DNA of 64,000 nucleotides from Octopus bimaculoides. Taxonomy: Eukaryota. The position numbers were made by a program, and so were the translations under genes. How positions within the stretch are numbered: the first letter of the stretch is position 1; every line of letters starts with the position of its first letter. Of the stretch, positions 42,111 to 54,192 are shown one piece after another. The DNA is taken from the NCBI RefSeq assembly GCF_001194135.2, contig NC_069010.1, positions 9,378,720 through 9,442,719 on the forward strand, read 5' to 3'. A model generated the notes under the pieces. That model was not told the DNA's origin. It worked only from the letters and a program-made list of their open reading frames with translations, and made no database searches.

Positions 42111-42278
42111 CAGAGTTTCCCAACCAGGGGTGCAAGCAGGGCTGGATTTATAGGGGGTCAAAGAGAGCAATTGCCCCCGGGCACTTTTATTCTTATCTAA
42201 GTTATTACTTTAAGGGGTGCAAGAACATATTAAAAGTTTTTTAGGGATGCAGAGCATAACATAAGTTGGGGACCACTG
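42111..42278. mobile_element. hAT-type MITE in SPECC1L intron
   Basis: Termini CAGAGTTTCCCAAC / GTTGGGGACCACTG with imperfect 8-bp TSD ctctatca / ctctgtta; related termini at about 8121-8290 and from about 63920. Confidence 0.6.
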
Positions 42279-42798
42279 CTCTGTTAGTCTATCTATTTCC
42301 CTATCTGTCTCTCTGTATGTATGTCTATCTGTATCTATATATATATATGTGAGTGTGTGTGTATGTATATATATATATCAGATTGGAGCTTGGTGTAGCC
42401 ATCTGGTTTCACCAGTCCTTAGTCAAATCATCCAACCCATGCTAGCATAGAAGGCGGACGTTAAACAATGATGATGATGATGATGATGATGAGTGAGAAT
42501 TTACAAAAAAACAAAAGACGAAGATGGGGGTGTAAACAACAAACAGATGTATTAGTCTAACGCTTGGGAAGTGAGAAAGCCTTTTATGTTTCGAGCCTAC
42601 GCTCTTCGACAGAAAGGAACTCCGAAATAAACAGGGAGAGAAAAATAGAAAAAGGTTTAGGGGCTTGCGATCTCTATATATATATATATTGACTGTCTCC
42701 TTATCTCTCTCCATGTATGTATGTATTCCTATGTGTCAATCTGGCAAGTTGGCACTTGTCTGTCTGTCCGTCTCATTCTGTCTCTCTCTCCTCCGCAG

Positions 42799-42915
42799 GG
42801 TGTTGACATCACCAACTTCAGCAGCAGCTGGAATGATGGCCTGGCCTTCTGTGCTCTGATACACAGCTACCTTCCTGAAAAGATGCCTTACGATGAACTG
42901 ACCTCCGAAGACAAG
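42799..42915 (+). CDS. SPECC1L: Cytospin-A/SPECC1L coding exon 3 (CH domain)
   Basis: ccgcag| acceptor, |gtaacc donor; 117 nt, phase 0/0; [39 protein letters not shown]. Confidence 0.94.
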
Positions 42916-43681
42916 GTAACCACCTCACACTCTGACCACTTTGCTGCTTCTTCTTCTTCTCTCTCTCTGTCTGTGTGTCTTGTAAGAACAGTTTAGGTAG
43001 AGGTGGTCGTGGTGGGGTTGATTATTGCTGCAAATGTTTTGTCTTTAAGTATTCTTTCATCTTGTGTCAGTCCTTAAGACTGTGGCCATGCTGGGGCACC
43101 ACATTGAAGAATGTTCAGTCGAGCAAACGAATCCTTATTACTTACCTTTTCTTTCTAAGCTTGTGCTTATTCCGTTGGTTCCCTTTTGGTGAGCCACAAA
43201 GTCATGGGAACAAAAACAAGCCAACACCGGTTGTCAGGCAATGGTAGTGGGGACAAAAAATACACACACATACAACGGGCTTCTTTTCAGTTTCCATCTG
43301 CCCGATCCATTCGCGGCCCATGGTTACTACACAGGGAGACTGAGCGGGAACTATGTGGTCAGGAAGCAAGCTTCTTACCACACAGTCACGCCTGCACCTA
43401 TCTTGTACGGGTCTACACGGCAGCCACGTGCCCTGAGTGATTGCTCAGGGTAGGCAGTAGGTAACGTTTATGTAGTAGAACACACACGAAAAATAAGCAG
43501 AACACAGATGCACGACTGAGTTGGAAGCAGAGTTACTTCTTCCTTTATATTACGTGGAATGTACGCAGCACGTGTACTACAGCAGTTCCATGCATAGCTT
43601 AAATGCCGAGATTGAGAAGCAGGGATGAATTATGCCTACCTAATCTACAAAAACATTCTAAAAGCAATTTCTATCTTTCAG

Positions 43682-43741
43682 CGGAGAAACTTCACGTTGT
43701 CCTTTGCTGCGGCCGAGTCTGTTGGGATTACATCAAATCTA
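43682..43741 (+). CDS. SPECC1L: Cytospin-A/SPECC1L coding exon 4 (CH domain)
   Basis: tttcag| acceptor, |gtgagt donor; 60 nt, phase 0/0; RRNFTLSFAAAESVGITSNL. Confidence 0.92.
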
Positions 43742-44819
43742 GTGAGTATCTGCAACATCTACTCTTTACTTTCAAACTCTGACCTCCCCCATCTACATTG
43801 TTGTTCTTCTTCTCTAAAACATTGGACTCAATGCCTTAACACAATACACTTCTATACTCTCTGCTCTCTTTTACTGGTTTCAGTCAGTGAACTGTGGCCA
43901 AGCTGGAGCACTGACATGAAGGCTTTTAGTCCTCACCCACCTCAATAGTTATTTCAATCTGGTTTTTATATTATTGATCTACGTTTTTACATAAGAGACG
44001 CAGCCCTATTGTCAGGTTGCACTGGGTAACTATAGACGCACGCACACAATATGATGGTCTTCTTTCACAAGGCTTTGGTTGATGTAATGGGACTGCATCC
44101 GGAACGATGTCGTTAGGAAACAGACTTCTCACCACAAAGCCACGCGTGCACTTATATAAATGTGTCTGTCTGTCTGTTTATGTATTATTCTTAAACAAGG
44201 GCTTAGAAGTTTCAGCCATCCGCAGATGATGGCTTAGCTGGCCGAAACTCCGAAGTCACTGTCAACAGGGTTCTTGTAGGAGAATAATAAATTCGTCCTC
44301 TACAAAAGTACAGAACCCTGCTGTACTCTTTCACCACAACCTTCTCTCACTCTTTCTTCCTGTTTCTGCTGTACCTGTATTTTAAAAGGGCCAGCCTTGT
44401 CGCGCTGAATCTGCCCGAGAACTACGTTAAGGGTACACGTGTCTGGTGGTGTGTTTACGTCCCTGTAACTTAGCGGTTCGGCAAAAGAGTTCGATAGAAT
44501 AAGTCCTGGGGTCGATTTTCTCGACTAAAGGTGGTGCTCCAGCATGGCCACAGTCAAATGACTGAAACAAGTAAAAGAGTTTTATATTTTATACCTAATT
44601 TGCTTATCCACAGAATTACCTCCACGCCCGCTCAACCTGGTCCCTCTCCTAACTTTACCTTTAGGAAGGATCATCCCCTGTAAAGACATCGGAGGCTAAG
44701 TTTGAATCTTTTGAGCAGTAACCGTCTTGTATATGCAGAATGTCTGGATCTCGTCTCTGGACTATATTTGTATGTATGTGTGTAGATATATGTAATATAT
44801 GGTGTTTCCTCTTTTGCAG

Positions 44820-44921
44820 AATATCAACGACATGGTCGCTATGGAACGTCCTGATTGGCAAGCAGTGATAGCCTACGTGACAGCAATCTACAAACATTTT
44901 GAAGTGGACGGCAAATCGTAA
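44820..44921 (+). CDS. SPECC1L: Cytospin-A/SPECC1L terminal coding exon
   Basis: ttgcag| acceptor; [33 protein letters not shown] (TAA 44919-44921); completes the CH domain. Spliced CDS is 3390 nt = 1129 aa. Confidence 0.93.
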   Translation, partial: NINDMVAMERPDWQAVIAYVTAIYKHFEVDGKS

Positions 44922-45011
44922 CCAACAACACATCTTCATTGATGGACGACAATGCCGGGTTCTCTATATGGGGACGTGGACTCACCCCTATATGTATATA
45001 TATATATAGGC

Positions 45012-45017
45012 AATAAA
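45012..45017 (+). terminator. Candidate polyadenylation signal of SPECC1L
   Basis: AATAAA about 90 nt after the stop, followed by GT-rich sequence; a further AATAAA lies near 45450. Confidence 0.35.
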
Positions 45018-48000
45018 TGTGTGTATGGGGGGTGGGGTTCAGTATATGATGTCAAACTTCTGACACGGGTGTATGTTGGTATGGGTGTGTGTGGGTGTGG
45101 GTGAAAGGTTGCTGCAGTATGGCCTGTGTACTACTATATGAACAGTTTAAAGAAAAAACACCCTGGACACCGCAATCAACAGAAGAAGTACGCTGGGACT
45201 CCCGGCACCCCAGTGACTTTCTCTTAGCGAAATGAAGACATTTTCTCTCAATCATGGATGTTGATACACACACACATTTCTATGTATGTATATATATGTA
45301 TATATATATATATATATTCATGGGTGTGAGTATATTCATATATACTCATATACACACACATGTGTGTGTGTGTATATATAATATATATATATATATGTCT
45401 CAGTAAGCCATTGCAGCTGACCAACTGTGACGCAAACTTCCAGACAGCAAAATAAAGCCTTGTGTCCTATCCCAGTTGTGCTGGAGTAGACACATCATCA
45501 TCATCATCCTCATCCTCATCCTCATCAATATCATCACCACCACAGTCATCATCATAACCATCACCATCACCATCATTGTGACTTGTAGTTGTTGTTTTTT
45601 CTTTTTTTTTCTTCTTTTTTTGTTACTTTATGTCCAAAAGACACCCTTTACAGTCCCTGGTAGAAATTTTAAAACTCGATTTTAAATTCTTGGAAAATCA
45701 GTTTTAAACCTCTCTCTCTCTCTCAGTTTATGAAACGAAGCATTATGTTGTTGTTGTTGCTATTATAGTTATTTTCTAAACTTATCAGCTTGCTGGACAG
45801 AATGTTTTGAGGCGTTTCTCCAGGATCTTCTCAATCAAAATTCCGAGTTCAAATCCCACTGGGATCAACTTTTCCTCTCATTCTTTCGGAGTTAATGAAA
45901 TAAAGTAATCGCTGAAGCAGCCTTCGAAATTGTTAGGGCTTCTGCGGAAATTCGGGGCAAAATGCTTAGCAGCAGTCAGCCCTCCCACCCTGAAATTGGT
46001 GTCCTTGCACTAAAATTTGAAACCATCAGGTTGTGGCAGTTGTCTTTTGTTTGTAGGGAAAGTCCTGAATGCATTCATAATGGTTCATTTCATGGAGCAG
46101 AAGGGGTAGCAAGTATGAGCTGGTGGGGCCAGGGTTAAGCTGGATCAGTGGAGCACCCAGGTAAGCTGCTTATCATTTTGTCTCTTCTCGTTTTCGTCAC
46201 CTACATCTTCTCTTCCAACCATGCCCCATTCCATCAACTGTACTCCCTCCCTCCTGCATTCTTAATTTTTGGCCCCTTGTAGACTTCACTTTTATTTTCT
46301 CTTAATTTCGGATCAGGTGTTAATGGTTGTATGGCAGGGTGGTGTAATCTAATTGGGGCTTTTAATTAAATCGGGTGCCGTTGATTGACTAGGCAGCAAA
46401 TGTTGCCAGCCAAGTGGAATTTGTGCTTTGCTGTGTTTCAGGGGTCATTGGTCAGCTAGACGGGGGCTGTGGGCAACGAGGATGACTCGATGCCCTACAA
46501 CAATCTCTTTACACCTGCTACTATTAGCCAGGTGGAACTTGTGTTTTGCTACCAAGTGCATACCTGCCGACAGGTGATACGCAAATCACAGCTGCTTTTG
46601 GATACCGGTCATCAGTTAGACAGGGTTTGTGGTCAGCCAGGTGCCGTCTGTGCCCCATTCCAGACTCCCATTGAACTGATTGTAGAGGAAAGTGAGATGA
46701 CCAAGCAAAAATACTCGGAGAAGCAACAGAGATAAGTCTCAACTTACATTATACAAGTAGAGGCTGGCATGGACGGGTGGTCAAGAAGCTTGCTTTGCAG
46801 CCACAGGATTTCTGGTTCGATTCCATTGCAGAAAACCATGGGCGAGTGTGTTCCATTTTTATCCCTAAGGCTGACTTGAAGCCTTCTCATTGAATTCGGT
46901 AGACACTGGGTGGGAGCCCTTCGTATATGTTTCTGTCTGTCCCCCCCAAACTCTTGACAACCTATGTTGGTTTGTTTGTGTTCCAGTGAATTAGCTGTTT
47001 AGCGAAAGAGATTGACAAAATAGATACCAGACTTAGAAAAATATGTGCTGGTGTCGACCTCTTCGACTAAATTCTTAAAGGTGATACCCCAGCATGGCCA
47101 CAACCGAATGACTGGTGCAAAATATGCCTTGGCTGATTTCTTCTCGATCTGTGAGCCACATTGTTCTGCAGCAAAGGGCACAAGCTAAAGTACTCAACCG
47201 AGTTAAAGGGATTATAGTATCCTTTCTCCTGTAAGCGCAAGGAAACAAGTTGATTATATTGCTCCCAGTACTTCACTTATTCCAAAAGGATGAAAGACAA
47301 AGTCGACGGGGAGATTTAAACTTGACATTTCGTCCTCCTTCACATCCTTGGTGGCATTTTATCTGACACACTGACAATTCTGCTAGTTTGCTGCCTTTAA
47401 GGATGATGACAATCCTTTCTGTTATTGGCACAAGGCCTGAAATTCCGGGGTAGGGGTATGGTTGTGATTACACTAACCCCAGTACACAACTGGTACTTAT
47501 TTCATTGACCCCCAAAAGAATGAAAGGCAAAGTTAACCTTGATGGGATTTGAGCTTGGAACATAAAGATGGATGTCCAAACCTGCTGACAGGTGATACCC
47601 AAATCCTGGCTGCTTTTGGACAGCATCCATCAAGTTAGACAGGGATTGTGATAAGCCAGGTGGAGTGTGTTGCAGTCCGTATCCCGTAAATTAATTTATT
47701 GTAGAGGAAGGCAAGATGACCAACCCAAAATACTCAGAGTAAAATGCTAAGGATCCTGTCGGCTCCCTGTGATCATAACCCTTTCTACTCTAGGCACAAG
47801 GAGGGGACTAGTCGATTACATTGACTCCCCCCAATGTTTCACTGGTATATTTATTTTATCAACCCAGAAAGGTTGAGCGGCCAAGTCAACCTTGGCAGAA
47901 TTTGAACTCAGAAAATAGTGGCAGGCAGAATACCACCAGGCACTTTGTCCAGTTTGCTCACCGTTCTGCCAGCTCACCACCTGACGAATAATACTGTTTC

Positions 48001-49065
48001 TAGCATAGTGATGACATGGCCTTTGGCGGGGGGCGGGGGTGGATTGCTTGATAATACTGACGAGTGTTTTGACCTTAAAAGGACAAAAGGCAGCATTGGC
48101 CCCAGTGAGATACGACCCCAGCAAGTAAGGGGATAAGGACTAACACCAAAAGGCATTTCTTGTTTCTGGTCTTCCAGTGGTTCCATCCTGCTACTTCGTC
48201 TTTCCATCCCAACTCTTATTCTTCCACTTGTTTTTATAGAATGTTTTTTTTCGTGATTATTATTGTAATCTCATTTATTTATTTTTAGTTCAGGATGTTC
48301 TGTGTCTTCTTGTTCAATGCAATTTATGTTAATAGGATAACCAGTCAGGGTAGTGGCCCTCATCCATCCACACTCGGATGAAAGCCTCTCTGACCATGAG
48401 TGACTCTTTTACTGCAACACACTGGTCATTCTTAAGGGGAGGGGGTACACACACATAAGTAATAATAAAGATAGTCATGCTGGAATATTTACTTCATTTA
48501 TTACTTATCCAGGTAGAAGTCTTCAATTTTCACAGGAAATGAAATATAAAATATTCACGCTGCAACATTCAAAAATGTCTCTTTCTCTCTTGAGAATGCT
48601 TGTAGTTTTAAGATGCATCGTCAGTGATATTTCTAGGGTCTCTGATCCGTTCGCAGTTATCAGATCCCTCTTTTCTTCCCAATAGCAGCTTGTAGTTTTN
48701 NNNNNNNNNNNNNNNNNNNNNNNNNNNNNNNNNNNNNNNNNNNNNNNNNNNNNNNNNNNNNNNNNNNNNNNNNNNNNNNNNNNNNNNNNNNNNNNNNNNG
48801 AGAGGCACAAGCACATACACAGACATATACACACACGACAGTAACTTCCACCCACCAAATCCAATCACAAGGCTTCGGTCAGCCCGGGGCTATAGCAGAA
48901 GACACTCCCCCAAGGTGCCACGCGGTGGGACTGAACCCGAAACCATGTAGCTGGGAAGCAAGCTTCCTAACCACACAGCCATGCCCAAACATTTTTGTAA
49001 GTTTGATTTTTGCATATTGAATCTGCATGTGCATTTAATGTAATTATTATGTGATGTTTATATAT

Positions 49066-49466
49066 ACTCTTTTACTCTTCTACTTGTTTCAGTCATTTGA
49101 CTGCGGCCATGCTGGAGCACCGCCTTTTAGTCGAGCAAATCGACCCCAGGACAAATTCTTTGGAAGCCTAGTACTTATTCTATCGGTCTCTTTTGCCGAA
49201 CCGCTAAGTTACTAAGGGAACGTAAACACACCAGCATCGGTTGTCAAGCGACGTTAGGGGGACAAACACAGACACACAAACACACATATATATACATATA
49301 TACGACGGGCTTCTTTCAGTTTCCATCTACCAAATCCACTCACAAGGCTTTGGTCGACCCAAGGCTATAGTAGAAGACACTTGCCCAAGGTGCCACGCAG
49401 TGGGACTGAACCCGGAACCATGTGGTTGGTCAGCAAGCTACTTACCACACAGCCACTCCTGTGCCT
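49066..49466 (-). mobile_element. Full-length family-1 SINE
   Basis: Reverse complement of 25684-26077; ends 30 bp before the ANK exon at 49497. Confidence 0.85.
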
Positions 49467-49496
49467 ATATATATATATTTTTTTTTTTGTTTTCAG

Positions 49497-49644
49497 CCAT
49501 CAGAGTGGTGTGGTGGCCATAATGATCTCGAAGGGTGCCAATATCAACGGCCAGGACCACCTTGGTAACACTCCTCTCCATTGTGCCGTGGAGAAGAACA
49601 GAGAAGACATGGTAAAAGTCATATTAAAGACAAAAGTAAAAAAG
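49497..49644 (+). CDS. Mind bomb (MIB1/MIB2)-like ANK-RING E3 ubiquitin ligase, first visible coding exon (ankyrin repeats)
   Basis: ttttcag| acceptor (phase 2, so an upstream exon is required), aaag|gtaagt donor; HQSGVVAIMISKGANINGQDHLGNTPLHCAVEKNREDMVKVILKTKVKK. Confidence 0.85.
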
Positions 49645-49839
49645 GTAAGTCAGTGTTTATATACACATATATATACATACATACACACATATATATACAT
49701 ACATACACACACATATATATATATATATATATATCTCGCCTTACCCCTCTTGTACTTCCTCTGTTACTACTACGTATCTCTTTTTTCCCCCTCGTATTTC
49801 CTCTTTTTCTTTTTTCCTCTCGTTGCTCACCATTCTTCT

Positions 49840-50758
49840 NNNNNNNNNNNNNNNNNNNNNNNNNNNNNNNNNNNNNNNNNNNNNNNNNNNNNNNNNNNNN
49901 NNNNNNNNNNNNNNNNNNNNNNNNNNNNNNNNNNNNNNNNNNNNNNNNNNNNNNNNNNNNNNNNNNNNNNNNNNNNNNNNNNNNNNNNNNNNNNNNNNNN
50001 NNNNNNNNNNNNNNNNNNNNNNNNNNNNNNNNNNNNNNNNNNNNNNNNNNNNNNNNNNNNNNNNNNNNNNNNNNNNNNNNNNNNNNNNNNNNNNNNNNNN
50101 NNNNNNNNNNNNNNNNNNNNNNNNNNNNNNNNNNNNNNNNNNNNNNNNNNNNNNNNNNNNNNNNNNNNNNNNNNNNNNNNNNNNNNNNNNNNNNNNNNNN
50201 NNNNNNNNNNNNNNNNNNNNNNNNNNNNNNNNNNNNNNNNNNNNNNNNNNNNNNNNNNNNNNNNNNNNNNNNNNNNNNNNNNNNNNNNNNNNNNNNNNNN
50301 NNNNNNNNNNNNNNNNNNNNNNNNNNNNNNNNNNNNNNNNNNNNNNNNNNNNNNNNNNNNNNNNNNNNNNNNNNNNNNNNNNNNNNNNNNNNNNNNNNNN
50401 NNNNNNNNNNNNNNNNNNNNNNNNNNNNNNNNNNNNNNNNNNNNNNNNNNNNNNNNNNNNNNNNNNNNNNNNNNNNNNNNNNNNNNNNNNNNNNNNNNNN
50501 NNNNNNNNNNNNNNNNNNNNNNNNNNNNNNNNNNNNNNNNNNNNNNNNNNNNNNNNNNNNNNNNNNNNNNNNNNNNNNNNNNNNNNNNNNNNNNNNNNNN
50601 NNNNNNNNNNNNNNNNNNNNNNNNNNNNNNNNNNNNNNNNNNNNNNNNNNNNNNNNNNNNNNNNNNNNNNNNNNNNNNNNNNNNNNNNNNNNNNNNNNNN
50701 NNNNNNNNNNNNNNNNNNNNNNNNNNNNNNNNNNNNNNNNNNNNNNNNNNNNNNNNNN
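49840..50758. other. Assembly gap inside a MIB-like intron (other gaps: 1145-1644, 9473-9583, 10071-10902, 14234-14680, 35881-36076, 48700-48799, 59777-59853)
   Basis: Run of N; flanking exons 49644/51104 join in phase and in ankyrin register, so no coding exon needs to lie in this gap. Confidence 0.95.
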
Positions 50759-50831
50759 ATGTATATACACACATATGTATCTGTATATTTATATAGAAAG
50801 GTAGGTAGGTAGATAGATAGACAGACAGACT

Positions 50832-50869
<38 letters not shown>

Positions 50870-51103
50870 AGGATAGAGAGACGGATAGATAGATAGAGAG
50901 AGACAGACAGACAAACAGGTAGGTCTGTATGTATGTGTGTGTATATGTATGAAGAAATTACACTTGACATGATTAATCCCCACCCCGCACCCCGTCATTC
51001 CACCTGATTATTCTTTCTCTTTCTAATTCCTGTACTCCCACCGCAGCCCTTCTAGGAGAAAACCATTTTTAATATTCCTTTTTTGTTTTTTTTTTCTTTG
51101 CAG

Positions 51104-51459
51104 TTCAATAAACAAAACAACAATGGTAGGACCCCTCTGCATTTGGCCTGTATGAAGGGACACATAGACATCGCTCACCATCTCCTGCAGTGTAACCCTG
51201 ACGTGAATATAAGGGATAACACCGGGTCCACTCCACTACACGTGGTTTGCAATGAAGGGGACACGGACATCGTTCGACTGCTACTGCACTTGCCTAACAC
51301 CAATGTCAGTATGGCGGACAATGATGGTAACTCGCCTCTCCACCATGCCGCTCACTGTGGACACACAGTCATTGTCCGGCTGTTACTGCACCAGACTGGC
51401 ATTCATCTGAATATAGTGAGCAATAGTGGTGACACGCCTCTACACCTGGCAGTTCTAAA
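51104..51459 (+). CDS. MIB-like E3 ligase exon, four ankyrin TPLH/SPLH motifs
   Basis: ttgcag| acceptor phase 0, ctaaa|gtaagt donor phase 2; GRTPLHLAC, GSTPLHVVC, GNSPLHHAA, GDTPLHLAV. Confidence 0.9.
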
Positions 51460-51482
51460 GTAAGTCAACATTGGATCTGGAT

Positions 51483-51690
51483 TACTCTTTTACTCTTTTA
51501 CTTGTTTCAGTCTTTTTTGACTGCGGCCATGCTGGAGCACCGCCTTTAGTCAAGAAAATCGACCCCAGGACTTATTCTTTGTAAAGCCTAGTACTTATTC
51601 TATCGGTCTCTTTTTGCCGAACTGCTAAGTTGCGGGGACATAAACACACCAGCATCGGTTGTCAAGCAATGCTAGGGGGAACAAACACAT

Positions 51691-51748
<58 letters not shown>

Positions 51749-51911
51749 GACAGGCTTCTTTCAGTTTTCGTCTACCAAATCCACTCACAAGGCCTTGGTT
51801 GGCCCAAGGCTACAGTAGAAGACACTTGCTCAAGGTGCCATGCAGTGGGACTGAACCCGGAACCACGTGGTTGGTAAGCAAGCTACTTACCACACAGCCA
51901 CTCCTGCGCCT
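51483..51911 (-). mobile_element. Full-length family-1 SINE
   Basis: Reverse complement of 25684-26077 with an expanded internal (AC)/(AT) tract; starts about 23 bp after the donor at 51459. Confidence 0.85.
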
Positions 51912-52359
51912 ATCCAAATCTGTTTCTTTTCTGTTTTCTGTTTTCAATAATGTTTATTTTTACTGAATCGTTCGTGCTATAATCCCACCATCGGGTCATC
52001 GTCTATCTCTTCTCTTTCACACTGTAATTGACTTCATTAGTTACACATTGCCAAAACTATTGTTGTTGTTACCTGACTGCATCCTTTACTCCAGTCCATC
52101 TTCTCTCACCTCACTGTTACAGGTTCAAATCCTCACCCTTGCTCTCACTCCACTTTTATCACATTCAACCGTTTTTTTTTCCCCCATTTCTTTTCCCTCA
52201 TCTTCTTTAATATAAACCTCCACACCAATTGTGGGCCGTCCTTGTGATGTCCCCCCCCCCAGCCACGCCCTTGTGGCTAATAAAAACATCTTTAATTATC
52301 TCAATCGCTATGATTTTCGCACTTTCTATATTTTTCTTTCTTCTTTCTATAACTTTCAG

Positions 52360-52396
52360 GCAACACTATGATGTGGTGGCATTGATGTTGTCCCAG
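52360..52396 (+). CDS. MIB-like E3 ligase 37-nt small exon (ankyrin second helix)
   Basis: tttcag| acceptor and cag|gttagt donor; phase 2 in, phase 0 out, exactly bridging the neighbouring exons; (K)QHYDVVALMLSQ. Not in the ORF track. Confidence 0.8.
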
Positions 52397-52833
52397 GTTA
52401 GTTAACATATACATATTATATACACTCTCTAGTATTTTACTGTTATGTTCGATTATCAGTATCCTCAAAGTACCAGTAATAGGGGCAGGTTTAATCAACT
52501 GTAATCCACCATCCTTTAAACGGCCTGTCTTGGGTCTGTAAAGGAACATGGTACAGTGTTGTTCAGCAGACCACCACAAAAGATAATACAGTCTGGGTCA
52601 CACCAGGTTCATTCATACATATAGCAGGGTCTCGCTAAAGGTCTTGGTTTTGGGCAGTCATGTAATTATTAGCCAGCTTCAGTTAGAAAAGGAATGCCTC
52701 TGATGTAACCCAGACTGCAAGATGGATGCAACATATGTTGCTCAGCATCTTATCTATAAAGGAAAATTGCAGGATGAGTCGAAACGATCATCAAATAAAA
52801 TAAACAGTTTTACAAATTCCACCTTCAGTTTTT

Positions 52834-53130
52834 TTGAGCGAGGTCGTTGCCAGTGACGTTGGACTGGCTTTTTTGCAGGTGGCACATAAAATACACCATT
52901 TCGAGCGTGGCCGTTGCCAGTACCCGCCTGGCTAGCCCTCGTGCCGGTGGCACGTAAAAGCACCCACTACACTCTCGGAGTGGTTGGCGTTAGGAAGGGC
53001 ATCCAGCTGTAGAAACTCTGCCAGATCAGATTGGAGCCTGGTGCAGCCATCTGGTTTTACCAGTCCTCAGTCAAATCATCCAACCCATGCTAGCATGGAA
53101 AGCGGACGTTAAATGACGATGATGATGATG
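52834..53130 (+). mobile_element. RTE 3' UTR copy in MIB-like intron
   Basis: Matches the 9.2-9.6 kb tail; ends gcggacgttaaatgacgatgatgatg. Confidence 0.8.
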
Positions 53131-53649
53131 TTACGACATACATACATATATACATACGTGTGTGTGTGTGTGTGTGTGCATCTATATGTAGTGTCAGTTT
53201 TCCATGCTGTCATGGATTGGAAAATGTGTTTGTGAGTGTGTGTGTGTGCATATGTGTGTATGTGTGTGCCCATGTGTTTGTGCATTAATGTTAAGGGTGT
53301 GGACACTAATTAACACAGCTGTTTTATGAACCCCTTATTAATTAATAAAGCAACATCAAAAGTGATACATTAAGAATTATAATTCTTCTTTATTAAACTT
53401 GATCTTCTAATCATATGTTCACTCTTGTTCAACTCCCCTAAAACTTACTAGAGTAAGGGATAAAGGTAGATCAAACTGAACCCAATTTAAGGGACCATAT
53501 GGAAGGTCCACTTCACTGACAAACATCAAATGTACACGATCAGTTTAATCAAGTCCCCAGCAAAAGACAGTAAATCCTACATTGATATCCACCCTGATCT
53601 TTATGTAAATTTTCATTCTCTATTCTTTTTTTTTTTATCTCTTATAAAG

Positions 53650-53859
53650 AGTGATGTGGCAGTGGATATCAAGAACGGTAACAAAATGACACCCTTGCTC
53701 CAAGCCATCTCCGGGGGCCACCTCGGAATGATCCACAAGCTACTTTCTCATGGCGCAGATATAAATGCTGTCGACAATGATGACAACAATTGTCTGCACC
53801 TTGCTGTGAAGAAAGGGATGTTTCATTCGGAGGGTGAAGCCTTGGGCATTTTAGACGAG
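53650..53859 (+). CDS. MIB-like E3 ligase exon (ankyrin repeats)
   Basis: Polypyrimidine tract plus ataaag| acceptor, gag|gtaagt donor; SDVAVDIKNGNKMTPLLQAISGGHLGMIHKLLSHGADINAVDNDDNNCLHLAVKKGMFHSEGEALGILDE. Confidence 0.87.
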
Positions 53860-54192
53860 GTAAGTTATAAAATTGTTTGTAAATATTTGTTTGCATGTGT
53901 GAGAGAGACAAACAGACAGACAAAGTTTGTCACGTCTGAATTCACACCCATCAAACCCCTACTTTTAGCATTAAGTAATCCAGTCTTTCTTGATAACCCT
54001 ACATATATATTATGAGATACTTCTGATATAACATACATGGTTTGTTGTCATGTTGTTGTTATATTTATATGTACAATACTCTCCCATAGATATTTCTCTT
54101 GCTATGGCCAGTTGGCTTTATCGAGCCCCATGTATAGATAAGTTCTTGTTGGTTTGTTGTGTTTTGTGTTTTATTATTGGGATGTTTGTTCC

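Noticed and set aside
48530-48699. Possible missing upstream ankyrin exon (NIHAATFKN frame) before the 100-N gap
   Set aside because: All three + frames contain stops, there is no TPLH-like motif and no phase-2 donor is visible
49381-50998. 300-470-aa ORFs around 49.4-51 kb (likewise at 1.1, 10 and 14 kb)
   Set aside because: Artefacts of reading through N-gaps and microsatellites; only 49497-49644 is coding
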